The notes under the pieces are model-generated. The model saw only the letters and a program-made list of their open reading frames with translations, did no database searches and was not told the origin of the DNA. Positions 9,211-18,697 of a stretch of DNA of 64,000 nt are shown one piece after another (position 1 is the first letter of the stretch; each line of letters starts with the position of its first letter). Where the stretch lies: positions 143,490 to 207,489 of the IMG/VR virus record IMGVR_UViG_3300042544_001590. One strand, 5' to 3'. A program made the translations under genes and the position numbers.

Positions 9211-9599
9211 ATTATGGAACAGATACAATACCCAATTAAAGTTTATGGTTATACTATAAAAGGATTTAATATTGATGGATTTAATATATTTGAAAGAATT
9301 TTTGATCATCCATCAGATGGAATCGTAGATGAAATAGATGATGGTAAATTTATTAGAAAAACACCAGAGGATGTTGTAAAATTTAAATCTGATAATATGT
9401 TTAATTATAAAAGTTATTGGGTGAATTTTGACGAATTTAAATTATTTATGTGTGAACAAATTAAAGATTTTAAATTGAAGGCTGATGTAGAGTATAAAAA
9501 TAAAATTGAAAATATGAATGAATGTATGGTGGAATTGGAAAAAATAACACCAAGGAATTTTTGAAATTTAGCGAAACACTGAACGAAATTTAAATTATG
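9165..9599 (+). repeat. imperfect 52-bp direct repeat (9165-9216 and 9548-9599) flanking an inserted gene
   Basis: 47/52 identical by manual alignment. Confidence 0.9.
9214..9564 (+). CDS. hypothetical protein (inserted, AT-rich)
   Basis: 116 aa ORF between the direct repeats. Confidence 0.6.
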   Translation: MEQIQYPIKVYGYTIKGFNIDGFNIFERIFDHPSDGIVDEIDDGKFIRKTPEDVVKFKSDNMFNYKSYWVNFDEFKLFMCEQIKDFKLKADVEYKNKIENMNECMVELEKITPRNF

Positions 9600-9884
9600 A
9601 GTAATCCTTCTCCATCTTCTGCAATTATAGAAAGCGAAAGCGATCACCTATTCCTTTGCTATTGTTCCTTCGTGAACCATCTCAAGGGCAAGAAATTGTC
9701 CATCCAGAACGTTTTCGTGACCACTCTCCAAGAGGAGAAGCTGAAAACGATCCTGAAAACGATATTGTCTCTTGACTCTGATCAGGAACTTGTTAAGGTT
9801 TTCCTAGACCAAGACAACGCTCTTGCAAAGTCGAAATACGTTACGAAATTTATCAGGGGGGAACAGAAGAAGAAAAAGAAATGA
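9597..9884 (+). CDS. hypothetical protein
   Basis: 95 aa ORF with core-gene codon usage. Confidence 0.6.
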   Translation: MSNPSPSSAIIESESDHLFLCYCSFVNHLKGKKLSIQNVFVTTLQEEKLKTILKTILSLDSDQELVKVFLDQDNALAKSKYVTKFIRGEQKKKKK

Positions 9885-10180
9885 AATACACATACTCAAT
9901 CCAATGCCCATGTCTAAACGATTGGAACTCTTTCATCAAAGACGAAATCAAATCTTATTGCGATGGCTACATGGATGCCATGAAAGGAGAGATGCCACGG
10001 ATTCACCTGAGAATGGTTCGTTCAGATGGTAAGATCATCAGAGAAATAACAGAACACGATGATGTGGGTATTGGCATGATCGCTGGATTTCCCACTGCCG
10101 AACAATATGAACGGGCTGCGGAGAGGGCATTGGAGAGAGCAAGGAAAATTAGGGAAAATCAAGAGAAGAACAGACGATGA
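9881..10180 (+). CDS. hypothetical protein
   Basis: ATGA-coupled ORF. Confidence 0.6.
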   Translation: MKYTYSIQCPCLNDWNSFIKDEIKSYCDGYMDAMKGEMPRIHLRMVRSDGKIIREITEHDDVGIGMIAGFPTAEQYERAAERALERARKIRENQEKNRR

Positions 10181-10497
10181 TTACTAATTTAGGCGATACT
10201 GGTTCACAACATTCCCATCGCAATTATTATTGTCCAACATGTAAATGTTTTGGTTGGAGAACACCACACGAAGAAGGCTGCGTTGGGGAGAAGGTTATGA
10301 TTTCAGCCACCGCTAGAATACCGAGAAAAAATGCTTCTAAAAAGACATGGGATGAATTTTATGATAAGTTCGTCCTCCAGAAAGATTTGAAAGAATTTTT
10401 ATCAAAACCTAAAAAAGAATCCAAATCAATGAAGACTTGGAGAATACGGAGAAAGTTGAAATCATTCGACGTTAAAACCAATAAATGGTATGACTGA
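10177..10497 (+). CDS. hypothetical protein with possible zinc site
   Basis: CPTC...H...C; ATGA-coupled. Confidence 0.55.
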   Translation: MITNLGDTGSQHSHRNYYCPTCKCFGWRTPHEEGCVGEKVMISATARIPRKNASKKTWDEFYDKFVLQKDLKEFLSKPKKESKSMKTWRIRRKLKSFDVKTNKWYD

Positions 10498-11116
10498 TTT
10501 TCAAAAAAGAATATATAACTCCCATCTCGCCATCTCCCGCAAGATGCGTGACAAACCATTTCGGATTAGAAAAGATTTCTCCGATATGGATCAAACCAAG
10601 CTGGATTACCTTGCTTCTCTGGAAAGGTTCTTCAATAGTTATAATAATATTAAAATTGATGATTACTTCTCTGCTCCTTATAGGATTTTTGAGGACACTG
10701 ATTATTTTGATTTGGAATTCTACTTGACTTCCAAGGCGAAGAAGGCATACTCCCAATATATGAAGAAGATTGAGATGGACGATCCCGATTCCGAAAGCTC
10801 TCTCAAGCGATTGGCAGATAGTCTCAAATTTGTCAAAAATTTCTGCAAAGAAAAGGGCTTGACTTTGGAAGAATATCCACTATATATAGAGGTATCGCTG
10901 CCGAACATGATTGAGCATCTAAAGAACCATCACATTAATATGTATTGTTTGCATTCTTTGGGTGTCTCAAAAATCGAGGTGGATAATCGGATTTTGGATT
11001 TCATATTCTCGGATTTTTGGATTACATTCCAGAAGACGAAGAATAAATACTTTCTCAGTAAGAAAATGAAGGATTTTGGGAAAAAAGCAATAACAAAAAT
11101 ACGAACACAATTATGA
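10490..11116 (+). CDS. hypothetical protein, possible helicase loader (gp59 position)
   Basis: 208 aa, basic and aromatic, helical, upstream of gp32; function is inference only. Confidence 0.4.
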   Translation: MTDFQKRIYNSHLAISRKMRDKPFRIRKDFSDMDQTKLDYLASLERFFNSYNNIKIDDYFSAPYRIFEDTDYFDLEFYLTSKAKKAYSQYMKKIEMDDPDSESSLKRLADSLKFVKNFCKEKGLTLEEYPLYIEVSLPNMIEHLKNHHINMYCLHSLGVSKIEVDNRILDFIFSDFWITFQKTKNKYFLSKKMKDFGKKAITKIRTQL

Positions 11117-11355
11117 ACATGCGAGCTAAATTCAGAGTAACAGAAGTTAAAACACCATACGAAGGTCAGGAAGAATTACATTGGGTTCCCGTGACGGAAT
11201 CTCCATTTAATGAGCATGGTATTAGTGAAGATAATACTTATTCAAAATGGACACCCAGCGGTGAACTTAGAATGGTAATCACTAATCCAGCACTACTTGG
11301 AAAATATGAAGTCGGGGATAAATATTATCTCGACTTCATAAAAGCAGAACAATAA
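11113..11355 (+). CDS. hypothetical phage protein
   Basis: RAKFRV...N..YSKWTPSGEL...YYLDF ORF. Confidence 0.6.
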   Translation: MNMRAKFRVTEVKTPYEGQEELHWVPVTESPFNEHGISEDNTYSKWTPSGELRMVITNPALLGKYEVGDKYYLDFIKAEQ

Positions 11356-11388
11356 TCTCACAACAAAAACAAACAAAATAACTAAAAT

Positions 11389-12303
11389 ATGAGCAATACA
11401 AAAACAAAAAGCAAATTCGGCGCAGCTATGTTCGATTCGATCAAAGCAGCATTAAACAAGAGCAACGATTCATCGGGAGGTCAATTCTCCAATATCATGA
11501 GTTTCCCCGCAGGACACACCTACACGCTTAGGTTGATCCCCAACGTGGAAAACTTTGAGAAGAGCGTCTTTGCTCATTGGGTGCATGGATTTACCAGCAA
11601 GGCGAGTGGTAAATACATGAGCTTTCTTGGTCTTCAAACCATGGGAGATCGTGATCCGATTTCAGATCTTCGTTGGAAGCTTTTCAAAAGCTGGAAAGAA
11701 GCAAATCCCAAGGCTGAAAACAAAGAATACAAGGCGGAAATCTCTCAAAAGGAGCAATGGCTTGTGAATGTCTATGTGATCAACGATCCCGCAAAGCCTG
11801 AGAACAATGGCACGGTGAAGATTCTTCGCATGGGTCCACAACTCAAGAAGATCATTGACGATGCTACCGAAGGGGAGCGTTCCGATGAACTTGGATGGGA
11901 TATCTTTGATCCTACCAAGGGACATGATTTCAAGATCGTGGCAGAGAAGAAAGGTGATTACACCACGTTTGAATCTTCGTTCATCACCACCAAATCCAAG
12001 ACTGTTCTGGATGAGGAAGAGATTGAAAAGATTTGTTCGGAAATCCATGATCTGGAAGCTGTGTATTCCGTGAAGACTTATGATGAGCTTCAGGAAGTTC
12101 TCAATGAACACTTCTTCGTTGGCGAGGAAAAGGAAGAGCGTAAGCCTCTTAAACAAGCCAAGCAGGAAGCAGCTAAAGTTGAGGACGACGATGACGACAT
12201 TCCCATGGTTCACGAAGAAAAGAAATCAGCGGCAAAACCCAAGAAAGTGGAAAAGCAAGAGGACGATGAAATTGACGAACTCCTTGCAGGACTAGATGAC
12301 TAA
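11389..12303 (+). CDS. single-stranded DNA-binding protein (T4 gp32-like)
   Basis: LRLIP, HGF, DPI, NVYVINDP..PENNG.VKI, FDP..G.DF, acidic tail IDELLAGLDD; lacks the T4 zinc cysteines. Confidence 0.9.
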   Translation: MSNTKTKSKFGAAMFDSIKAALNKSNDSSGGQFSNIMSFPAGHTYTLRLIPNVENFEKSVFAHWVHGFTSKASGKYMSFLGLQTMGDRDPISDLRWKLFKSWKEANPKAENKEYKAEISQKEQWLVNVYVINDPAKPENNGTVKILRMGPQLKKIIDDATEGERSDELGWDIFDPTKGHDFKIVAEKKGDYTTFESSFITTKSKTVLDEEEIEKICSEIHDLEAVYSVKTYDELQEVLNEHFFVGEEKEERKPLKQAKQEAAKVEDDDDDIPMVHEEKKSAAKPKKVEKQEDDEIDELLAGLDD

Positions 12304-12310
12304 CCCGATT

Positions 12311-12347
12311 CCCTCCCCATCAAGTCGGTGGGGAGGGTTTCCTTTTT
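12311..12347 (+). terminator. intrinsic terminator
   Basis: CCCTCCCCA...TGGGGAGGG stem followed by a T-rich tract after gp32. Confidence 0.85.
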
Positions 12348-12353
12348 AATAAT

Positions 12354-12770
12354 ATGAATCCAGAAATTCCAGAAGAATACAAAACGATGGCTGCTCTGCT
12401 TGGGGAGAGTGCTGCCATTGATTCGTTGATGATTAATAATCCAACGACATTGGCTACCAATACCAACACCCTCAAACGAGGCATTGCTGAATACCAAGAG
12501 CAACAGAAGCGGGAACGTATGCAACCACAACAACCCGTTCCAACCCATTATTATGGTGAAACTGCAACAGCGGTTCCCGTTTATATCCCACCCCAACCTC
12601 TTCCACAAGCTCCCCAATATGCTCCCATGCCCCAAAAAGTGGATGATGGACAATTGGAACTGAATCTGGAACCATCCAAGGCGGATATCATCATCAATCT
12701 GTTGAAAGAGATTTCCGTAAAGTTGACAAAACAAAATAGTATGTTAGAAAAAAAACAAACCGGAAAATAA
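12354..12770 (+). CDS. hypothetical Pro/Gln-rich protein
   Basis: 138 aa ORF. Confidence 0.6.
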   Translation: MNPEIPEEYKTMAALLGESAAIDSLMINNPTTLATNTNTLKRGIAEYQEQQKRERMQPQQPVPTHYYGETATAVPVYIPPQPLPQAPQYAPMPQKVDDGQLELNLEPSKADIIINLLKEISVKLTKQNSMLEKKQTGK

Positions 12771-12772
12771 TT

Positions 12773-12901
12773 ATGGGTGATTGGATAGCTTTTATTTCAT
12801 TTTGGGTGGTTTTCACAGTTGGATTGATAGTATCAATTTGTGGTATTTTATCATTTTTAATTAAAATTTTAAACAAATTTACTGATTGGGAGAGACGATG
12901 A
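12773..12901 (+). CDS. small membrane protein (not in ORF track)
   Basis: 42 aa MGDWIAFISFWVVFTVGLIVSICGILSFLIKILNKFTDWERR; one TM segment; ATGA-coupled to the clamp gene. Confidence 0.55.
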   Translation: MGDWIAFISFWVVFTVGLIVSICGILSFLIKILNKFTDWERR

Positions 12902-13605
12902 ATTTAAATCTAAAGAAAAAAGAATTTCAATATCTCCTTCAAAGCCTCGCCCAAATCCATGACACGTGTGTTCTGGAACTGAGGGAAGATGGTATCCACG
13001 GGATTGCCTCCAGCGAGGATAATTCCATGTTTGCCCATGCTTATCTGTCAGGAGAGTATGAGGATCAGAATCTCAATCTACCTTCTCTGAAGAAGCTTTC
13101 CAAAGCTTTGGATATGATTTCTTCCGATGATATCAAGCTCAAGCTGAATAATAATCATCTGGAATACAAGAACAAGTCTCTGAAGTTCAAGTATCATCTC
13201 CATGAAGATGGGGTGATCACCAAACCGAAGTTGTCTCTGGAAAAGATTCGTAATTTTGAATACAATCTCCAATTTGATCTGGATTTTGAGTTCCTTTCCA
13301 ATGTTCTCCAAAAATCATCCATCACAAATACCAACAAGCTCTATCTATTTACTGAGAACGATTCTCTGGTGTGGAAGCTGGGGGATGAGACGGTTCCCAA
13401 TAGTGATACTCTGAGCATCGTGGGAGATGAGGTGGATTTTGAATTGGAATCTTTTATTCTAAAGATCGATAATCTAAAGCTGCTGTCCAAGGTATCCAAG
13501 ACGGGAAACATTTTCAAGATCAATTCCAAGCTTGGGGTCGGCTGCATCATCACGAAGAGTGGAGATTTTGAGATGGAATACATTTTATCGAGCCTTAAAA
13601 ACTAG
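12898..13605 (+). CDS. DNA polymerase sliding clamp (gp45-like)
   Basis: 235 aa with two-domain beta/alpha clamp pattern, in replication cluster. Confidence 0.7.
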   Translation: MNLNLKKKEFQYLLQSLAQIHDTCVLELREDGIHGIASSEDNSMFAHAYLSGEYEDQNLNLPSLKKLSKALDMISSDDIKLKLNNNHLEYKNKSLKFKYHLHEDGVITKPKLSLEKIRNFEYNLQFDLDFEFLSNVLQKSSITNTNKLYLFTENDSLVWKLGDETVPNSDTLSIVGDEVDFELESFILKIDNLKLLSKVSKTGNIFKINSKLGVGCIITKSGDFEMEYILSSLKN

Positions 13606-13613
13606 AATACAAT
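13595..13613 (+). promoter_or_regulatory. conserved TTAAAAACTAGA-H-TAnnnT motif, copy 1
   Basis: TTAAAAACTAGAATACAAT; TAG is the clamp stop codon. Confidence 0.7.
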
Positions 13614-13734
13614 GAATGACCTTGAAAAAATATTGGATGATATTTTGGAAATTACCGAAAGGAAATATATCATTCCTGAAATTGAAGATTATTACAACGA
13701 TTTGAAAGAAATTAAACAACGAATTGAAAATTAA
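13612..13734 (+). CDS. small hypothetical protein (not in ORF track)
   Basis: 40 aa MNDLEKILDDILEITERKY... filling the gap. Confidence 0.45.
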   Translation: MNDLEKILDDILEITERKYIIPEIEDYYNDLKEIKQRIEN

Positions 13735-13735
13735 C

Positions 13736-13948
13736 ATGCAACAACACAGATTCAGGATTGAGGAGACTAAAGCAGTCATTGAACAGCTTCAACAAGCACA
13801 GAATAATCTCTATGATGCGCTAATCGATATGATCGAACCAACAGAAGAACAAGAGCCTTGGTTATGGGATTACGTGTTCAACACATACCCCAAGGACAAT
13901 TCGGAATACAACCAGATGGTGGAAAGGGGAATTTACGGTGAGCTATAA
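13736..13948 (+). CDS. hypothetical protein
   Basis: ORF in run of small genes. Confidence 0.55.
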   Translation: MQQHRFRIEETKAVIEQLQQAQNNLYDALIDMIEPTEEQEPWLWDYVFNTYPKDNSEYNQMVERGIYGEL

Positions 13949-14186
13949 CGATATAACTTTGAAAGCAATAAAGACTGGCATCCAGAACAAAGCCTATGAT
14001 GAGGGTTGGGAGCGCATCTTCGCCAAGAAGACCGCTCATGAATGGCTTGAAACAATGCCCGATATTCGGCTGCTTGATCCTGATGGATGGAGATGGGATG
14101 ATGGGGTGACTATGGATACTCCTATCAAATGGTCGGATTTCAATAATCGTTTGAACCACTCAACGCTCACTGGATTGATTAAATAA
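13938..14186 (+). CDS. hypothetical protein
   Basis: 82 aa with LDPDGW motif; GTG start. Confidence 0.55.
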   Translation: MSYNDITLKAIKTGIQNKAYDEGWERIFAKKTAHEWLETMPDIRLLDPDGWRWDDGVTMDTPIKWSDFNNRLNHSTLTGLIK

Positions 14187-14190
14187 GTAA

Positions 14191-14790
14191 ATGCGTCCGT
14201 TTTACGATTTTTATCTAGAGAAATTTTCTGATTTGGGTAAATTATCCCCCGAACAATTGAGAAAAGGTCAGAGACTTGATCCAAACAACCCCGATAACTT
14301 CCAACAGGTGAGCGGGAGGGTGTTTTCTCAAGCCCTTACCAACATCACAAAGAATGATGAATTTCGCCGAACGGTAAATCCAAAGTTTTTCAAGAATATC
14401 AAGAACAATCTCAGTGTTTATAAAGTTGAAGAATATCAGCGCATGAAATGTTTCCTTGGAAAGAACAATTCCAGTGGTTTTGCCATCAAGGATGGGGATG
14501 AATTGGTGTCAGTATTCTCTTCTCAAGAATCTTCTGGTAATGCGCTGGTTCAGGAAGCGATTCGGCAAGGTGCCACACGATTGGATTGTTTTGCCACACA
14601 AGATGAAAACGGTAATATCAAGGATGAGGGTTTATACAGGCTTTATAGTAGGAATGGGTTTGTGATTGACAAAACGCTGAACATGGACGGAGAATATCCT
14701 GTCAAGAATGGGATATCCTACTTCGTGGACGAAAATGGAAATGTTGATCCCACCAATCCTACCGTGGTGATCTTCATGGTTAAAAACTAG
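14191..14790 (+). CDS. GNAT-like domain protein, putative internal head protein
   Basis: ELVSVFS...GNALVQEAIRQGATRLDCF...LYSRNGF; TAAATA (14180)-N5-ATG. Confidence 0.55.
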   Translation: MRPFYDFYLEKFSDLGKLSPEQLRKGQRLDPNNPDNFQQVSGRVFSQALTNITKNDEFRRTVNPKFFKNIKNNLSVYKVEEYQRMKCFLGKNNSSGFAIKDGDELVSVFSSQESSGNALVQEAIRQGATRLDCFATQDENGNIKDEGLYRLYSRNGFVIDKTLNMDGEYPVKNGISYFVDENGNVDPTNPTVVIFMVKN

Positions 14791-14798
14791 AATACAAT
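14780..14798 (+). promoter_or_regulatory. conserved motif, copy 2
   Basis: TTAAAAACTAGAATACAAT-N7-ATG. Confidence 0.7.
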
Positions 14799-14805
14799 TT
14801 AATCA

Positions 14806-15102
14806 ATGAAGATACTTTATCCTGAAAAATATCAAGAAAACGCGCCAAAATCAGAAGATGTTGATTTTGATAATATCGTCAATTTTCACATTGGAAATAA
14901 TTTGTCTGGTTTTTTAGATACTGTTGTGATTGTGGTGGAACACTGTGTAAATGTTCATTATTTGAATTTTGAATCTTGGATTGAAGGAAGGGCGAATACC
15001 ATTTATGTGAAAACATTGGTTGATTGTAGATATCACTCTGATAATCTCAAGTTCTTGATTGAGAAATTTAGAAAAATTGAGGAGGTTTGGAATGAAGGAT
15101 GA
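14806..15102 (+). CDS. hypothetical protein
   Basis: 98 aa AT-rich ORF. Confidence 0.55.
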   Translation: MKILYPEKYQENAPKSEDVDFDNIVNFHIGNNLSGFLDTVVIVVEHCVNVHYLNFESWIEGRANTIYVKTLVDCRYHSDNLKFLIEKFRKIEEVWNEG

Positions 15103-15910
15103 TTTAAACATACGGGAGCTTTACCAAAAGATAATTGAGGAGAGGGCGGCAGCTAGAGGCGTGATCTTGATGGAAAATGTGAAGATTCCTTCCAATAATT
15201 CCAGTCCCGATCAGGTCAATTTTGATGGAAAGTCATATTCTTATGAATTGGGGGACGCTTTTTCCCTCATAGGAGACACACTTTACCATACGGAGAACAC
15301 CCACCCATACATTTTCAATTCACTTTTAAAAATTAAAAACGATCCAAAGGATTTTAAGAGGATATTAAAATCGTATTATGTGGAAATATGTGGAAAATTC
15401 AACAAATCCGATTTGGAATACTTTTTCAATAACCAGAAAGCGGAAAGCATGGGAGATACCAGAATCAACACTCAATCTGGAAGAATCTGGAAAGATATCA
15501 CCTCAACATCCGCTAAAAAGGATGTGTCGGTGGTGGTGTTTTGGTGTAGGGAGAAAGATATCCAACCGGACACGCTTAAAAAAATCAAGAAGTGTTTTAC
15601 TAAAAATGATATTTTTTGGGCTGCAACCGATTCCAAGAATTTCAACCATTTTGGGGATTCTTATCAAGACACTCCATCTGGAGAAATCAAGGAATTGAAA
15701 AGTAAAATATATCCAGAGCTTTCTCACGAAGATATTGTGGATATCCTGATGAGAGCGCATTCAAATTTCAAGATATCTCCCTTTGAGAAGAAGGTGGTGT
15801 GGGAATTCCGAGGAATCAACCCAGAAGATTTGAAAGTTATTGATGGAGGATACCCATCGGTGGCGGAATTCAGGGATAAACAAAAATTTAGCGAAAATTA
15901 TGAAAAATAA
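15092..15910 (+). CDS. hypothetical protein, putative internal head protein
   Basis: Likely ATG 15092; N-terminus IRELYQKIIEE. Confidence 0.6.
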   Translation: MKDDLNIRELYQKIIEERAAARGVILMENVKIPSNNSSPDQVNFDGKSYSYELGDAFSLIGDTLYHTENTHPYIFNSLLKIKNDPKDFKRILKSYYVEICGKFNKSDLEYFFNNQKAESMGDTRINTQSGRIWKDITSTSAKKDVSVVVFWCREKDIQPDTLKKIKKCFTKNDIFWAATDSKNFNHFGDSYQDTPSGEIKELKSKIYPELSHEDIVDILMRAHSNFKISPFEKKVVWEFRGINPEDLKVIDGGYPSVAEFRDKQKFSENYEK

Positions 15911-16559
15911 ATTTGATGAATTGTATGAACAGGTGATTATTGAAAGTGGTCTTTCAAGAGTATGGAGAAAGATTCAAAATCATTCTTCTGGCACCATCAC
16001 GGCTTTTAGGGGTGATGTCCCATATCAGCAGAATATTAGAAATAATAAAAAGATACTTGCTTATCTACAATCTAAAGGATATTCGGTGACATCTATTATG
16101 GGGACATACATTGAAAATTTTAGAGATGAAGAAAAAAAGGAGGAGATTCACGCTAGAAATGCTGGAGGTGATCCATATGATCCCGAAGAAAGACATGTTC
16201 AAGAAAGATCATTTTTAGTAGTAAATGATAGGGTGGAAGGTGATGATGGTGGTAAATTGGCGCACGATCTTTTTAAATTGGGGGTAGCTTTTGATCAGGA
16301 TTCGGTTATGATTATTCCCGTTGGTGGTAATAACGCATATCTGTGGGGAACATCCAAAAGAGAAGAATCGTATCCCGGTTACAATATCAAAGCTCCAGTT
16401 GGTAGTGGTAAATATGGAAAAACATCAGGAGCATTTTTATCTAAGATTAAGGGGCGAGAATTCGCGTTTGAGGCTATCAAATCACCACAAACCATAAATG
16501 GCAAGCGTGGTCAAATGATTTCGTTGAAAGAAGTTAAGAAACAACTCAATGAAATATAA
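15900..16559 (+). CDS. hypothetical protein, putative internal head protein
   Basis: Likely ATG 15900; MKNKFDELYEQVIIE-SGLSR, ITAFR, FDQDSV. Confidence 0.6.
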   Translation: MKNKFDELYEQVIIESGLSRVWRKIQNHSSGTITAFRGDVPYQQNIRNNKKILAYLQSKGYSVTSIMGTYIENFRDEEKKEEIHARNAGGDPYDPEERHVQERSFLVVNDRVEGDDGGKLAHDLFKLGVAFDQDSVMIIPVGGNNAYLWGTSKREESYPGYNIKAPVGSGKYGKTSGAFLSKIKGREFAFEAIKSPQTINGKRGQMISLKEVKKQLNEI

Positions 16560-16950
16560 TATTTTTCTGGACGACATTCGGTTTCCCAAGGATGCTTTTC
16601 TCCAAAAAGAATTGGCATATCTCACGGAATATTCTAAAATTCCTGAAAACGAATGGGTGATCGTGAGGAATTATGAGGATTTTGTGAAAACGATTGAAGA
16701 ACGCGGTATTCCAGCGGCAGCGAGTTTTGATTGTGATTTAAATTCTGAACATTTTAGACATTATGTTAAGGATAGTATTAATTCCGGTATTTATGAATGG
16801 GAAAATTTCAAATCTAAATGTGGAATTCATTGTGCTTTATATTTGAAATCTTTATTGTGTGATGGAGATGACACAAAAGTTTTTATACATAGTGCTAATA
16901 TTATTGGTAGTATGATTATTAGAGAAATGATGAGGGCATATTTATTTTAA
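16549..16950 (+). CDS. receiver-like (cyclic-phosphate processing REC type) domain protein
   Basis: IFLDD.R.P, W.IVRNY, SFD.DL, G..CA, HSAN..G. Confidence 0.65.
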   Translation: MKYNIFLDDIRFPKDAFLQKELAYLTEYSKIPENEWVIVRNYEDFVKTIEERGIPAAASFDCDLNSEHFRHYVKDSINSGIYEWENFKSKCGIHCALYLKSLLCDGDDTKVFIHSANIIGSMIIREMMRAYLF

Positions 16951-17909
16951 ATATTTTTATTTTTTGGGATTAAAATCCATCCTTTATGTATTCCTGTTTT
17001 TGATGGTTTGTTTTCTTTTCCAGCTTTTGCTAAAAAATTAAAATCCAAATTTTTTTCTCTACAAAATTCCGCGACATTATGTATTAAATATTCCTCTCCA
17101 GTGTAAATATTTTTAATAATTCTTTTAGTTTCTTGAAAAGAATCAATATTTTTTATAAATTTTTCATATTTTCTATCTAATCTAATAGATTTTGTAGAAT
17201 CTTTATAAATCCATTCCAAAAATTTGAATGCATCTTTTTGAATTGATATACTACAAAGGTTTACATATTTAGTATAATATATTTCTTGAGTTGTTATCTC
17301 TATGGTTTTTAGATAATCTTTAATAAAAATTAGACATTCTGAAGTGCTTAGAAGATTTATTCTGTATCTGTTATTGATAATAGTAACATTACCATCTCCA
17401 TCAAATATACCCCTAACGAAGTGTGAATAATATTTTTCTTCGATAATTGGAAATTTAAAAGATTTTGATTTATTTTCATCAACACCGTGATTTTTTATAT
17501 ATTGGCAAAATTCTTTAGAATTGACTTGTAAAAATTCTATATCATAGGTTTTTCCTGTACGTTTGTCATATCTATTGATACTTGAAATTGGACTTCCAGA
17601 ATCTATAGCCTTTTTAAATTTTGGTAAAACATCTTTATCCTTTACACCAATAGTTAATTTATAGCCAGATTTTTGAATACATCCATCTGCAACAATAAAA
17701 CCCAACCAGTAAGCTTTTTCGGCAGAATCAATTTTTTCGAAATATTTTATATCTAATGATCTTTTTCTCATAGGTGTTGGAATTCCATTAGAATCTAATA
17801 TTTTTTTGATATGTCTAACTGTTATGTTTAAATTCTTAGAAACCTTACTCAAACTTTGGAGCTTGAGGTATTCATCTATAACTGTTTGATGTTTTATAAA
17901 TTCTTTCAT
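16947..17909 (-). mobile_element. free-standing LAGLIDADG homing endonuclease
   Basis: Two motifs AYWLGFIVADG and HFVRGIFDGDG; AT-rich; opposite strand to neighbours. Confidence 0.85.
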
Positions 17910-17957
17910 AATTATTCGGGTGTATGTTTATACTTAGTCTCCTAATCTAAAAAAACG

Positions 17958-17996
17958 CGTATTATCCGTGATATTATGAAAGAATATCTTGCTTGA
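17958..17996 (+). pseudogene. orphaned 3' end of the REC-like gene
   Basis: Reads RIIRDIMKEYLA*, matching MIIREMMRAYLF* at the end of 16549-16950. Confidence 0.65.
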
Positions 17997-18024
17997 CATC
18001 CAAAATTCTTCATTAAGTATTAAC

Positions 18025-18375
18025 ATGAAGAACAACGTAAGCACACAGGGGTATTTCATCAAGAGACTTAGAGATTCTGGATTCGCTACCATCAAGCTGT
18101 TTGACAATTATGCACAACACGATCCTCGCAAGTGGTCGATCATGGTCGATCCCAATAATACTTCCGTGATCATCACTTGTTACCAGAACAAGGAAGCTGT
18201 GGGTGATGTGATGTTTGAGTTCAATGATGGGGGTAATCGCTTCATTAAGAACTTTAATCTCAAGACGCAGAGCATGGAAATCGTTGTCACCACCCTGATT
18301 GAAAAAGGGGTGGAGCAAATGAATATCAACTCTGAGTATGTAAAGTCTAAGTATGAATATGGCCAAGAAGGATGA
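18025..18375 (+). CDS. hypothetical protein
   Basis: TAAGTA-N5-ATG 18025. Confidence 0.6.
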   Translation: MKNNVSTQGYFIKRLRDSGFATIKLFDNYAQHDPRKWSIMVDPNNTSVIITCYQNKEAVGDVMFEFNDGGNRFIKNFNLKTQSMEIVVTTLIEKGVEQMNINSEYVKSKYEYGQEG

Positions 18376-18676
18376 TGATCAACCGGAGGAAATCTTCAAG
18401 GATGAGCAGGTTTTGGAAGTTCTTCGGGAATCCCTGAAAAAGAAGCTTAGGAATGAGCGTAAGAAAGGTTCTCCACCACTGACAAATGATGCTCTGAAGG
18501 CTATTTTAAAGGAGTTCATGGTTTGTGGGAAACTTTTCGGATATGATCTGGATGGGAATGTCGTGGAAATCGCATTCCACGACAATAAGATGGAGGATAA
18601 TGCCATGCAGAACCTTTTTATTCAGAAATTTGGAGAGTTCATGGCTGGTAGGATGAATATTTTGGATGATTTTTAA
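18359..18676 (+). CDS. hypothetical protein
   Basis: ORF with core-gene codon usage. Confidence 0.6.
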   Translation: MAKKDDDQPEEIFKDEQVLEVLRESLKKKLRNERKKGSPPLTNDALKAILKEFMVCGKLFGYDLDGNVVEIAFHDNKMEDNAMQNLFIQKFGEFMAGRMNILDDF

Positions 18677-18691
18677 AAACTAGATTACCAT
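18673..18691 (+). promoter_or_regulatory. conserved motif, copy 3
   Basis: TTAAAAACTAGATTACCAT-N6-ATG. Confidence 0.7.
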
Positions 18692-18697
18692 CCACGT

